This document shows positions 1 through 8,149 of a stretch of 32,000 nt of DNA, one piece after another. Source of the stretch: Candidatus Saccharimonadota bacterium (GTDB lineage: Bacteria; Patescibacteriota; Gracilibacteria; UBA1369; 2-02-FULL-48-14). Below the pieces are notes generated by a model. The model was not told where the DNA came from and did no database searches. It saw only the letters and a program-made list of their open reading frames with translations. Position 1 is the stretch's first letter; the number at the start of each line of letters is the position of its first letter. Location of the stretch: contig CP064962.1 of NCBI GenBank assembly GCA_016699145.1, positions 570,001 to 602,000 on the forward strand, read 5' to 3'. The position numbers and the translations under genes were made by a program.

Positions 1-86
1 GCTTTTTCAGAGAAGCAATCTTAGCAATCATCAGCGCAATAGAAACAATCGAACGGAACAAAGGGGTAAGCACACTTCTATCAGCA

Positions 87-629
87 ATGGGACAAGTAAT
101 CACCCCCATCAGAGAGGCAGTCACGACTCTCTTAGACCAATTGGAGGGGATAGAACCAATCAAAGATGAAGAAGCCCTATTAAGAGTTGTTGAAAATAAA
201 CTCAGTAGTCTAGCGAGTATAGAAGAAGTCAATAAAAATTTTCTCGAAAAGTGTTTCGTTCCCCCTGGACCAAAAACAGAAACGTTCACTCGCCAGATAG
301 GAAGAGAATCAATTACTACAACTACGGTATCAGGAGATCAGCTACGCAACGCATTCGGACAGCTAAACAAAAACCCATTTGCCGAGACCCGAGAAACCTA
401 TGGAGACACTGCAGCAGATTTCCTACACGAGCTAACAATAGTTCTTCGAATAATCAGCGATTATGATGCAAGCTCAACTCATAAGTCAGATGCATTCTCA
501 ACAGCTTTTAACGAACTAAACACCGCATTAAGGGATTGTACAATGGGGGACGTGCCAAGACACCTCGAAAAATTTGTAAGGACACTCAAAGAAAAGGCTG
601 CAGGAAATGTAGTCCGACTGCATCCATAA
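87..629 (+). CDS. hypothetical protein, possibly 5' partial because the frame stays open to the window edge
   Basis: 180-aa ORF from the first ATG. The same frame has no stop from nt 3 onward, so the true start may lie upstream of the window. I recognise no family motif. Confidence 0.4.
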   Translation: MGQVITPIREAVTTLLDQLEGIEPIKDEEALLRVVENKLSSLASIEEVNKNFLEKCFVPPGPKTETFTRQIGRESITTTTVSGDQLRNAFGQLNKNPFAETRETYGDTAADFLHELTIVLRIISDYDASSTHKSDAFSTAFNELNTALRDCTMGDVPRHLEKFVRTLKEKAAGNVVRLHP

Positions 630-690
630 TCTTTGCCTTGAAACCCTCTAAAATGCTAGGGTGATTTTATCTGTATTTACTAAAAATCCT

Positions 691-1104
691 ATGCCCACCC
701 TCATCACCATCCAAGCCACCGTCAATGCTCCCGTCGAAAAAGTCTGGGACATGTGGACCCAACCCGAGCACATCACAAAATGGAACGCTGCTTCCGACGA
801 CTGGCACACCCCCAGCGCCACGAACGACCTACGCGTCGGTGGAAAATTCACCTCTCGCATGGAAGCCAAAGACGGCAGCATGGGCTTCGATTTCTGGGGA
901 ATTTATGACGAAGTGAAACCCAACGAACTCCTCGCCTCCACCATGGGTGACGGTCGTTCCCTCAAAGTCAGCTTCACGGCAAAAGAGGGCCAAACAGAAG
1001 TCGTCGAAACCTTCGAAGCCGAAAGCGAAAATTCCGAAAACATGCAAAAAGACGGATGGCAATCCATCCTGAACAACTTTAAAAACTACGTTGAAAGCTT
1101 TTAA
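691..1104 (+). CDS. SRPBCC-superfamily protein (AHSA1 / Aha1-like START-fold domain)
   Basis: ITIQATVNAPVEKVWDMWTQPEHITKWN...DLRVGGKFTSRMEAKDGSMGFDFWGIYDEV...GWQSILNNFKNYVE is the typical AHSA1-type SRPBCC pattern. ATG 691 is preferred over the GTG at 661 given in the ORF track. Confidence 0.75.
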   Translation: MPTLITIQATVNAPVEKVWDMWTQPEHITKWNAASDDWHTPSATNDLRVGGKFTSRMEAKDGSMGFDFWGIYDEVKPNELLASTMGDGRSLKVSFTAKEGQTEVVETFEAESENSENMQKDGWQSILNNFKNYVESF

Positions 1105-1120
1105 TGCGTCCTTAATAACA

Positions 1121-1804
1121 ATGACTTCTCAAAAAAAATTCCTCCTTTTCGGCTTAGTTCCCGCGCTCATCTTCCAAACAATAGGGGCCACCCTTTACTT
1201 CGATCTTTGGGCGGAAGGAACCGGGGCCAAAATCATTTACAGCCTGACCAAAGTGCTGCTTTTGATCTGGCCGTTGCTGTGGTGGAAGTATGTCAAAACA
1301 CCCCTAAAAATAACCCCTCATAAAGCAGCCAAAGAAATCGCATGGGGCCTGAGTACCGGCCTCTTTCTTTCTCTAGGAATTTTATTGGTCTTCACTGTCT
1401 TTCCAGAAAAAGACCTCTTAACAGAACAAATTCAAGAAAAAATCGATGCCTATTTTGGAATGAGCGCAGCGCTCTATTTGCTCTTCAGCGTCTTCTTATG
1501 TGTCGGACATTCTCTTTTAGAAGAATACTATTGGCGTTGGTTCACAGGTTCGGGCTTGAAACAAACCCTCCCAAAAATGCCGGCACTCTTCCTCACCAAC
1601 CTCGGTTTTGCAGCTCATCATTTCATCATCTTAAACTCGTTGACCACTGGAACCTGGGCCGTGTTTGGAACTTTCGGCGTCTTCGCGGGAGGAGTGATCT
1701 GGTCCCTGCTCCATGAAAAAACCCAATCCCTCTTCGCCCCTTGGCTCAGTCACCTCTGTGTGGATGTAACGCTCATGGGCATCGCTTACTATCTCCTTTT
1801 TTAA
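1121..1804 (+). CDS. CPBP-family intramembrane glutamic endopeptidase (CAAX protease / Abi-like)
   Basis: Polytopic membrane protein with the three CPBP motifs: LLEEYYWRWF (EExxxR), GFAAHHF (FxxxH) and SHLCVD (distal His). ATG 1121 is preferred over TTG 1091. Confidence 0.75.
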   Translation: MTSQKKFLLFGLVPALIFQTIGATLYFDLWAEGTGAKIIYSLTKVLLLIWPLLWWKYVKTPLKITPHKAAKEIAWGLSTGLFLSLGILLVFTVFPEKDLLTEQIQEKIDAYFGMSAALYLLFSVFLCVGHSLLEEYYWRWFTGSGLKQTLPKMPALFLTNLGFAAHHFIILNSLTTGTWAVFGTFGVFAGGVIWSLLHEKTQSLFAPWLSHLCVDVTLMGIAYYLLF

Positions 1805-2247
1805 TGGACTATTTTTGCGACACAAAATGGACACTCAAAAAGTATGTCATTTTTCTAGATATAGATGGAACTCTCGTCGGCGAGGGTGAAACAAAAATAG
1901 ACAGCAAAACAAAACGCGCTTTTGATGAGCTCAAAAAGAACAATTTCATTGTGCTCTGCTCCAACAGTCCCAATAAAAAACGCAGCGAAAAAATGGCTAA
2001 AGAACTCAAAGTGCTGTGGAACTCAGGCCCGCACAAAAAACCCAACAAAGAAGTTTTGACCTATATCAAGCTTCCCACGAATAAAAAACACGCAGTGATC
2101 GGCAACCTACACTGCATCGATGGGCGCTTTGCCAAAGCCATCGACGCTGAATTTTTTCCCGTCAAAACCTTGGTAAACCCCAAAGAAAATTGGATCGACA
2201 AAATCTTCTACTGGATCGACTCTCATCTCCTTTCCAAATGCATTTAA
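1804..2247 (+). CDS. HAD-superfamily phosphatase (subfamily IIIA, YqeG-like)
   Basis: FLDIDGTL (DxDxT motif I), LCSNS (motif II) and HKKP (motif III Lys). The ATG overlaps the CPBP stop codon (TAATG). Confidence 0.6.
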   Translation: MDYFCDTKWTLKKYVIFLDIDGTLVGEGETKIDSKTKRAFDELKKNNFIVLCSNSPNKKRSEKMAKELKVLWNSGPHKKPNKEVLTYIKLPTNKKHAVIGNLHCIDGRFAKAIDAEFFPVKTLVNPKENWIDKIFYWIDSHLLSKCI

Positions 2248-3068
2248 ACGAAATCCGAAAACTGCTGCGCCTCGAACAATGGTACAAAAACATCCTCATT
2301 GTGACGGCTTTCTTGTTCACTCAAAATCATCTTGCTCCGCTGCATCTCGCTCTCGGTTTCTTAGGCTTCTGCACGCTCTCGTCAACGACCTACATCATCA
2401 ACGATTGGATGGATCGAGAAAAAGACAGACATCATCCACAAAAAAAAGACCGCCCCCTTGCGTCAGGCAAAGTCACCGGCCTGCAAGCATTGATAACCGG
2501 GACCCTCCTACTCGCCTTCAGCCTTTACGTCTGCACTCAACTCGGCTCGCTCTACACCTTCAGCGCGGCCATCTACTTCCTTGGAACCAACGCCTATTCT
2601 TTTGGACTCAAAAACATTCCTCTGCTCGACATCGCCATAATCTTGCTGAATTTTAACCTGCGAACTTTGGCTGGATTTCAAGCATTTCCAGCCTTGAACG
2701 ACAGTGTCTACTTTGTGCTGCTCAGCGGTTTGGTGCTCTTTGCCATCACCTCCAAACGCAAATCCGATCGCGCCGTGCTGGGTGAAAAAGCCGTGGCTCA
2801 TAAACCTGTGCTCAAGTTTTACACCAAGGGCCTCTGCCGCATCATCATCACCTTTTCTTACTTCCTCGTCTGTCTAGGAGTCTTCACTCTCGCCATGCAA
2901 AAAGAAGAGCGCCTCATCGAAGCCCTACTCTTTGTGCTCATGATGCTCTACACCAACCGATGCTTCAAACAAAAACCAGAACTCGCCATCAAGCCGCACT
3001 ATCTGTTCACAAATCCAGTCTGGATCTTGCTTCTTTTAACACTGCTGCTCCTGCCACTGCTCGGATAA
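2238..3068 (+). CDS. UbiA-family prenyl-phosphate phosphoribosyltransferase-like protein (decaprenyl-phosphate phosphoribosyltransferase / DPPR synthase type)
   Basis: LRLEQWYKNILIV N-terminus and NDWMDREKDRHHPQKKDRPLASGKV (NxxxDxxxD plus HPxKxxRPxASG). Polytopic membrane protein. The start overlaps the HAD gene by 10 nt. Confidence 0.7.
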   Translation: MHLNEIRKLLRLEQWYKNILIVTAFLFTQNHLAPLHLALGFLGFCTLSSTTYIINDWMDREKDRHHPQKKDRPLASGKVTGLQALITGTLLLAFSLYVCTQLGSLYTFSAAIYFLGTNAYSFGLKNIPLLDIAIILLNFNLRTLAGFQAFPALNDSVYFVLLSGLVLFAITSKRKSDRAVLGEKAVAHKPVLKFYTKGLCRIIITFSYFLVCLGVFTLAMQKEERLIEALLFVLMMLYTNRCFKQKPELAIKPHYLFTNPVWILLLLTLLLLPLLG

Positions 3069-3070
3069 AT

Positions 3071-3099
3071 TTGACAAGCCTCCCGTTTTCCTTTAAAAA
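3071..3099 (+). promoter_or_regulatory. candidate sigma70-type promoter for the rpsJ leader: TTGACA-17-TAAAAA
   Basis: Perfect -35 TTGACA at 3071-3076, a 17-nt spacer, and an A/T-rich -10 TAAAAA at 3094-3099. It lies 3 nt after the UbiA stop codon. Confidence 0.4.
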
Positions 3100-3203
3100 A
3101 AGCGCACAACAAAAGTGAAGCTTCTGCTTTTAGACGCTTCCTCGGCCGCCAAAGCCGGGACACCTCGATTCAAACTTTCCCAGCGCAAGCTGCGTGAACC
3201 TAA

Positions 3204-3232
3204 ACCGAGGCGTACAACCCTCGGTATTTTTT
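3204..3232 (+). terminator. intrinsic-terminator-like hairpin plus U-tract inside the rpsJ leader (candidate attenuator)
   Basis: ACCGAGG (3204-3210), loop CGTACAAC, CCTCGGT (3219-3225), then A and TTTTTT (3227-3232). It ends 14 nt before the rpsJ ATG. Confidence 0.55.
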
Positions 3233-3245
3233 AACCCTCAATACC

Positions 3246-3656
3246 ATGGCTAAGCAAAAGATTCGTATCAAGATCAAGTCCTTTGACCACAAGGTCATCG
3301 ACGAAGCCGCTCGTCTCATTCTCGAAACCGCAGAAAAAACCGGCGCCATCGTCATGGGTCCCATTCCCCTGCCCACTGACATCGAAAAATTCACAGTGCT
3401 CAAGTCCACCTTCGTTCACAAAAACGCCCGTGACCAATATGAAATGCGCACCCATAAGCGCCTCATCGACATCACCGAGACCACTTCTGCCACCATCGAA
3501 GAGCTGTCCAACTTGTCTCTTCCTTCTGGAGTGGACATCGAAATCAAGATGATCATGGAAGCCAGTGAAGAAAAAGAAAAAGAAAAAGAAAAAGAAAAGG
3601 AAAGTGCAAAGAAAGCTCCTGCAAAGAAAGCTGCAACAAAAAAGAGCAGCAAGTAA
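3246..3656 (+). CDS. rpsJ: 30S ribosomal protein S10 (uS10) with a ~32-aa Glu/Lys/Ala-rich C-terminal extension
   Basis: [26 protein letters not shown]...RTHKRLIDI is canonical S10. The tail is [32 protein letters not shown]. Confidence 0.95.
   Translation: MAKQKIRIKIKSFDHKVIDEAARLILETAEKTGAIVMGPIPLPTDIEKFTVLKSTFVHKNARDQYEMRTHKRLIDITETTSATIEELSNLSLPSGVDIEIKMIMEASEEKEKEKEKEKESAKKAPAKKAATKKSSK
3570..3599 (+). repeat. hexanucleotide microsatellite (GAAAAA)x4 plus one imperfect unit, inside the rpsJ 3' end
   Basis: Perfect GAAAAA units begin at 3570, 3576, 3582 and 3588, followed by GAAAAG at 3594. The repeat encodes the (EK)n tail. Confidence 0.9.
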
Positions 3657-3667
3657 GAAGTTGAACA

Positions 3668-4225
3668 ATGAAAAGCAGAAGAACCCACAATCTCATCCTG
3701 ATGGTCACGGTACCCCTCCTGCTTTTTTTGTGTCTCTACCTCATTCTGATTCTGCCTCCTCGCCTCTACAACGACATTAAAGTCAGGACTTTTTTAAGCA
3801 GCTTAGAAGAAATCAAACTTCCAAAAGACACCAAGGTACTCGATTCCGTCTCTCTTTTTGGAATCCTGTGGGAAAACAGTAATCATTGTGACGTAGAATT
3901 GATCTTGATTGTCGAATCCAATCTTGCCCCAGCGGATTTTCAGGCTGCTTTGGATACGGAACAAGACCTCAAACAGCCCTATTCAGTAGACAAAAGCTAT
4001 TTAAGTCTCTACTACTACCAAGATGAAAAGCTTTTGAACATAAGCCGCCAAGGGAAAATAGAGGAAGTGGACACAGAATGGCTGAGCAATGGCCCTCCAA
4101 CCCACACAAAATTTAAAGAACTCCTTGAAAAATATGTGTTAGACCCTCAGTCTCAGCTCTACTTCATAGAAGCAAGAGATCAAACCTTCCAAGGATACGC
4201 AATGAATGACTTTCGTTGCATGTGA
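3668..4225 (+). CDS. hypothetical N-terminally membrane-anchored protein inserted between rpsJ and rplC
   Basis: 185-aa ORF starting 11 nt after the rpsJ stop. It has one hydrophobic helix ([21 protein letters not shown]) and no recognisable family. It looks more AT-rich by eye than the flanking r-protein genes. Confidence 0.55.
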   Translation: MKSRRTHNLILMVTVPLLLFLCLYLILILPPRLYNDIKVRTFLSSLEEIKLPKDTKVLDSVSLFGILWENSNHCDVELILIVESNLAPADFQAALDTEQDLKQPYSVDKSYLSLYYYQDEKLLNISRQGKIEEVDTEWLSNGPPTHTKFKELLEKYVLDPQSQLYFIEARDQTFQGYAMNDFRCM

Positions 4226-4246
4226 CTTAGAGGCGCAGAAATTCCC

Positions 4247-4275
4247 TTGACTCAGCCGTTCTCACCCATTAATAT
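4247..4275 (+). promoter_or_regulatory. candidate sigma70-type promoter upstream of rplC: TTGACT-17-TAATAT
   Basis: TTGACT at 4247-4252, a 17-nt spacer, and TAATAT at 4270-4275. This would leave a leader of roughly 90 nt before the rplC ATG. Confidence 0.45.
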
Positions 4276-4373
4276 CTGCGGGCATTTATCTTAGAAGCGA
4301 AGTCCAAGGCTCCCACGTGGATCCCCGGCAGGGAAAAAGACCAAGCACTTCAATTCCAACTAAGCACTGAATT

Positions 4374-4958
4374 ATGCCAGGAATACTCGGCAAAAAAATC
4401 GGTATGACCCGTCTCATCCAAGACGACGGCTGTGTGATCCCCCTTACAGTAATAGAATGCGCCCCCAACACGGTGGTGCAAGTCAAAACTGTAGAAAAGG
4501 ATGGATATCCGGCGCTAGTCCTTGGGTTCGATGCACTTAAGAAACCCACTAAGAACAAGAAATTCCGCTTCATGCGTGAATTCCGCACTGAAGGTGGGGA
4601 TTACAAAGCAGGAGACATGGTAACGCTCGACCAATTCGAAATTGGAGAGCATGCCAAGATCACGAGCACTTCTAAAGGTAAAGGTTTCCAAGGAGTTATG
4701 AAGCGCCACCACTTCCGTGGAGGACCTCGTACTCACGGTTCTCACTTCATGCGCGAACCAGGAGCCATCGGAGCACGTGCTCGTCCCGGTAAAGTCTTCA
4801 AAGGGATGAAGATGGCCGGCCATATGGGCCTGGACACCGTTACTCTTGAAGACGCAGAACTTGTCTACGTAGACAAGACCAAGAACCTTCTCGGGATCAA
4901 AGGTCCTGTAGCAGGAACCAAGGGTTCACTCGTAATCATTCGCAAGCATGCACGTTAG
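4374..4958 (+). CDS. rplC: 50S ribosomal protein L3 (uL3)
   Basis: MPGILGKKIGMTRL... and FQGVMKRHHFRGGPRTHGS motifs. Confidence 0.95.
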   Translation: MPGILGKKIGMTRLIQDDGCVIPLTVIECAPNTVVQVKTVEKDGYPALVLGFDALKKPTKNKKFRFMREFRTEGGDYKAGDMVTLDQFEIGEHAKITSTSKGKGFQGVMKRHHFRGGPRTHGSHFMREPGAIGARARPGKVFKGMKMAGHMGLDTVTLEDAELVYVDKTKNLLGIKGPVAGTKGSLVIIRKHAR

Positions 4959-4974
4959 TGCGCATTAAAATCAT

Positions 4975-5601
4975 ATGAAAGCACCTCTTTACAACCAGAC
5001 TGGAGAAAAAACAGGAGACATCACTCTCGTTAAAGAAATCTTCGAAATTGAAGGTGCGGAAGGGCTCGTGCACAGCTACCTCGTGTATCAACAAGCCAAT
5101 GCTCGCCGCCCCATCGCTCACGTGCTCACCAAAGGTGATGTACGAGGAGGGGGAAAGAAGCCTTTCGCTCAAAAACACACCGGGCGCGCCCGCCAGGGTT
5201 CCATCCGTAATCCTCACATGCGAGGCGGAGGAAACGCCTTCGGACCAAAGAAATGGCAGAACTTTGAAAAGATGATGAACAAGGGAATGCGTCGTAAGGC
5301 TCTCTTCCAAATCCTTTCTTCAAAAGCAAAGGATGGAAAGGTGCTCGCTCTCGATAAGTTTGAGCTCGACGCTCCAAAAACCAAAACGTTCTCTATGCTC
5401 GTTGAGAAGCTCCCTGTTGAGCGCAACGTGCTCGTAGTGCGCAGCCGTGATGAGAAGACGCTGTTCCTCTCCTCTCGCAACTTCGCTCGCGGAAAGACCA
5501 TTTTGGGAAACTATTTGAACCCTGCCGATCTGCTCAAATACGACAATGTACTGTTCACTTCTGCAGCTCTCAAAGACCTCGAGACTACTTATACTAAATA
5601 A
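4975..5601 (+). CDS. rplD: 50S ribosomal protein L4 (uL4)
   Basis: GGGKKPFAQKHTGRARQGSIRNPHMRGGG motif, and position after L3. Confidence 0.95.
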   Translation: MKAPLYNQTGEKTGDITLVKEIFEIEGAEGLVHSYLVYQQANARRPIAHVLTKGDVRGGGKKPFAQKHTGRARQGSIRNPHMRGGGNAFGPKKWQNFEKMMNKGMRRKALFQILSSKAKDGKVLALDKFELDAPKTKTFSMLVEKLPVERNVLVVRSRDEKTLFLSSRNFARGKTILGNYLNPADLLKYDNVLFTSAALKDLETTYTK

Positions 5602-5603
5602 TT

Positions 5604-5930
5604 ATGAACATCGCTCAGACCATTCTCAAGCCGATCATGACTGAAAAAAGTGTGAGTCAAGAAGTGAAGAACAAGTTTAGTTTCATCGTTCACGATGCAG
5701 CCACCAAAGTGGATGTGAAAAACGCACTCATGGAACTGTACGGAGTTAAAGTGGACAAAGTGAATATCCTTCACGGTCTACCAAAATTTCGCCTCGGGAA
5801 AAGCCGCAAGCCCATGCAAAAGCGTGCCGCCACTCGACGTGCCATTGTGACTCTAAAAGCAGGTGAAAAGCTCGATCTCGCTAAAACTGCAAAACCCTCT
5901 AAATCCAAAGCCGCTGCGGCTTCCAACTAA
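5604..5930 (+). CDS. rplW: 50S ribosomal protein L23 (uL23)
   Basis: ILKPIMTEKS...FIVHDAATKVDVKNALMELYGVKV pattern, with a short K/A/S tail. Confidence 0.93.
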   Translation: MNIAQTILKPIMTEKSVSQEVKNKFSFIVHDAATKVDVKNALMELYGVKVDKVNILHGLPKFRLGKSRKPMQKRAATRRAIVTLKAGEKLDLAKTAKPSKSKAAAASN

Positions 5931-5935
5931 AGCAT

Positions 5936-6793
5936 ATGCCACTCAAGAAAGTTAAAAAAACGGGAAACGCTCGTCGTGAAATGAGCATCCTCACCTATGA
6001 GGAAGTGACCACGAACAAGCCATTCAAAAAATTGCTCAAAGCTCAAAAAGAGTATGCTGGACGCAATGCACGTGGAGTCATCACCGTGCGTCACCGTGGA
6101 GCCGGTAATAAGACCAAGCTTCGTATTGTGGATTTCAAACAGACCGACAAACTCAACATCGAAGCCACCGTTAAAACAGTGGAATACGATCCCAATCGCT
6201 CAGCCTTCATCATGCTCGTTTGCTACAAAGATGGAGAGTATCGCTATCAATTGGCTCCCGAAGGGATCAAGGTTGGAGATCGCATTGTGACCGCAGACAA
6301 AACCCGTGCTCGCACCGGAAACCGCATGATGCTTGAAAATATCCCTGTGGGCTTCGATATATACAACGTGCAAGTGGACCTCAACGGACCCGGCCAATTG
6401 GCCAAGTCTGCGGGTTCTGTCGCAAAGCTTGTTTCCCTGGATGGGCAGTACGCTCAAGTACAACTCCCTTCCGGAGAAGTGCGCTTCGTTCAAAAGAAAT
6501 GTTTCGCTAGCATCGGACGGGTGTCCAACCTCGATCATGGAAATATATCGATTGGTAAAGCGGGACGCAGCCGCTGGATGGGTCTCCGCCCTGAAGTGCG
6601 TGGTAAGGTTATGAACCCTTGCGACCACCCTCACGGAGGAGGAGAAGGAAACTGTCCCATCGGTATGAAATATCCTAAGACTCCTTGGGGGCTTCACGCT
6701 CTGGGCGTAGCAACTCGCCGTCGAAAATACACAGATAAGTGGATTGTGAAGACTCGAAAGGGTAAGATGCTCGCTGAACTCAATAATCTCTAA
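5936..6793 (+). CDS. rplB: 50S ribosomal protein L2 (uL2)
   Basis: GRNARGVITVRHRGAGNK... and VRGKVMNPCDHPHGGGEG motifs. Confidence 0.97.
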   Translation: MPLKKVKKTGNARREMSILTYEEVTTNKPFKKLLKAQKEYAGRNARGVITVRHRGAGNKTKLRIVDFKQTDKLNIEATVKTVEYDPNRSAFIMLVCYKDGEYRYQLAPEGIKVGDRIVTADKTRARTGNRMMLENIPVGFDIYNVQVDLNGPGQLAKSAGSVAKLVSLDGQYAQVQLPSGEVRFVQKKCFASIGRVSNLDHGNISIGKAGRSRWMGLRPEVRGKVMNPCDHPHGGGEGNCPIGMKYPKTPWGLHALGVATRRRKYTDKWIVKTRKGKMLAELNNL

Positions 6794-6820
6794 CACGCAC
6801 ACTAGTGCGCCCTACGAACT

Positions 6821-7099
6821 ATGTCTCGAAGCAGTAACAAAGGTCCATATGTAGATGCCTCCCTCACCAAAAAAGTGATGGTCGCTGAAGGCAATACGAA
6901 GAAAGTGATCAAAACTTGGGCTCGTCGCTCAATGATTGCTCCAGAGTTCGTAGGATTCACCTTCGCGGTCTACAATGGTAAAGAACACATCCCGGTCTTC
7001 GTCACTGAAGCCATGGTGGGTCACCGTCTCGGAGAATTCGCTTACACTCGCAAGTTCCGTGGACATCCTCTAAAGAGCAAAGAATCAGCCGCTGCCTAA
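6821..7099 (+). CDS. rpsS: 30S ribosomal protein S19 (uS19)
   Basis: SNKGPYVD...[51 protein letters not shown]. Confidence 0.96.
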   Translation: MSRSSNKGPYVDASLTKKVMVAEGNTKKVIKTWARRSMIAPEFVGFTFAVYNGKEHIPVFVTEAMVGHRLGEFAYTRKFRGHPLKSKESAAA

Positions 7100-7118
7100 C
7101 CTCACAAGCATCTAAACA

Positions 7119-7499
7119 ATGAAAGCCTTACTCAGCAACATTCGCATCTCCCCTGAAAAAGCCAACCTCGTGGCGGGAATGGTTCGTGGCGCCATGGTCA
7201 ATGAAGCGCTGGAACAGCTCAAGTTCACCCCTAAGAAAGGTGCCAAAATTCTCTACAAGGTTGTGGCTTCTGCCGCTGCGAATGCCGAGCACAATTTGAA
7301 GCAAAACCGTGACCACCTTTACATCAAAGAAATCGTCGTGACCAAGGGTCCCACCTACAAACGTGGCGTATCCGTGTCTCGTGGACGTGTGCACCCTATT
7401 CTCAAGCGAACCGCTCAAATTCGAGTGACCGTAGACACCGCCGTGGCAAAAACGAAAAAAGTTTCAAAAAAAACTCCTCCTTCTAACCTTCAAGCATAA
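7119..7499 (+). CDS. rplV: 50S ribosomal protein L22 (uL22)
   Basis: IRISPEKANLVAGMVRG...ALEQLKFTPKKGAKILYKVVASAAANAEHN. Confidence 0.95.
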   Translation: MKALLSNIRISPEKANLVAGMVRGAMVNEALEQLKFTPKKGAKILYKVVASAAANAEHNLKQNRDHLYIKEIVVTKGPTYKRGVSVSRGRVHPILKRTAQIRVTVDTAVAKTKKVSKKTPPSNLQA

Positions 7500-7502
7500 G
7501 AT

Positions 7503-8147
7503 ATGGGAAGTAAAGTAAATCCAATTGGGCTTCGTACTGGAATCATCCGCACTTGGGACTCCAGCTGGTACGCAGGAAAACGCAACTTCGGAAAAATGCT
7601 TGCTGAAGACATGAAGATTCGTGCTTTTGTTCGCAAAAAACTGACCGATTCCGGAGTGTCTCGCATCGAACTGCTCCGCAATGCTAAAGACATCACTTTG
7701 AACGTCCACTCTGCTAAACCAGGAGTGATCATCGGACGCCAAGGAGCGAGTGTGGAAGGCCTCAAAGCAGACCTCGAAAAAACTTTCGGACACAAGTTCA
7801 CTATCAACATCAAAGAGATCAAGAAGCCTGAGCTCGATGCATGGCTCACAGCAGAAAACATCGCGATGCAAATTGAACGCCGTGTTTCCTACCGCCGTGC
7901 TGCCAAAATGTCTGTGAAGAAGGCTCTCGAAGCCGGTGCCAAGGGGGTTAAGATCCGTGTCGGAGGACGCCTCAACGGAGTTGAAATCTCTCGAAGTGAA
8001 TTCTATGCTGAAGGACAAATCCCTCTCCACACCTTCCGTGCGGACATCGATTACGCCCTTGCTGAAGCAAAGACCACCTACGGCATCATCGGTGTTAAGG
8101 TTTGGATCAACCGAGGAATGGTATTCAATAAACAAGCCACTAAATAG
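7503..8147 (+). CDS. rpsC: 30S ribosomal protein S3 (uS3)
   Basis: MGSKVNPIGLRTGI...W.S.WYA plus KH-domain and C-terminal-domain pattern. Confidence 0.97.
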   Translation: MGSKVNPIGLRTGIIRTWDSSWYAGKRNFGKMLAEDMKIRAFVRKKLTDSGVSRIELLRNAKDITLNVHSAKPGVIIGRQGASVEGLKADLEKTFGHKFTINIKEIKKPELDAWLTAENIAMQIERRVSYRRAAKMSVKKALEAGAKGVKIRVGGRLNGVEISRSEFYAEGQIPLHTFRADIDYALAEAKTTYGIIGVKVWINRGMVFNKQATK

Positions 8148-8149
8148 TT

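Noticed and set aside
3565-3780. A 71-aa ORF beginning [13 protein letters not shown].
   Set aside because: It is an alternative-frame reading of the (GAAAAA)n repeat inside rpsJ, and it runs across the start of the next gene.
4313-4324. Overlapping palindromes CCACGTGG and GGATCC in the rplC leader.
   Set aside because: They are short restriction-site-like palindromes with no second copy in the window. That is insufficient evidence for an operator, so they are mentioned only as part of the leader description.
7464-8135. Long antisense ORFs opposite conserved genes: the 223-aa ORF opposite rpsC, plus 6200-6802, 10917-11528, 11944-12528, 23087-23614, 24472-24903 and 29722-30405.
   Set aside because: Each lies fully inside a confidently identified gene on the other strand and has odd composition and no recognisable motifs. 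They are typical shadow ORFs.
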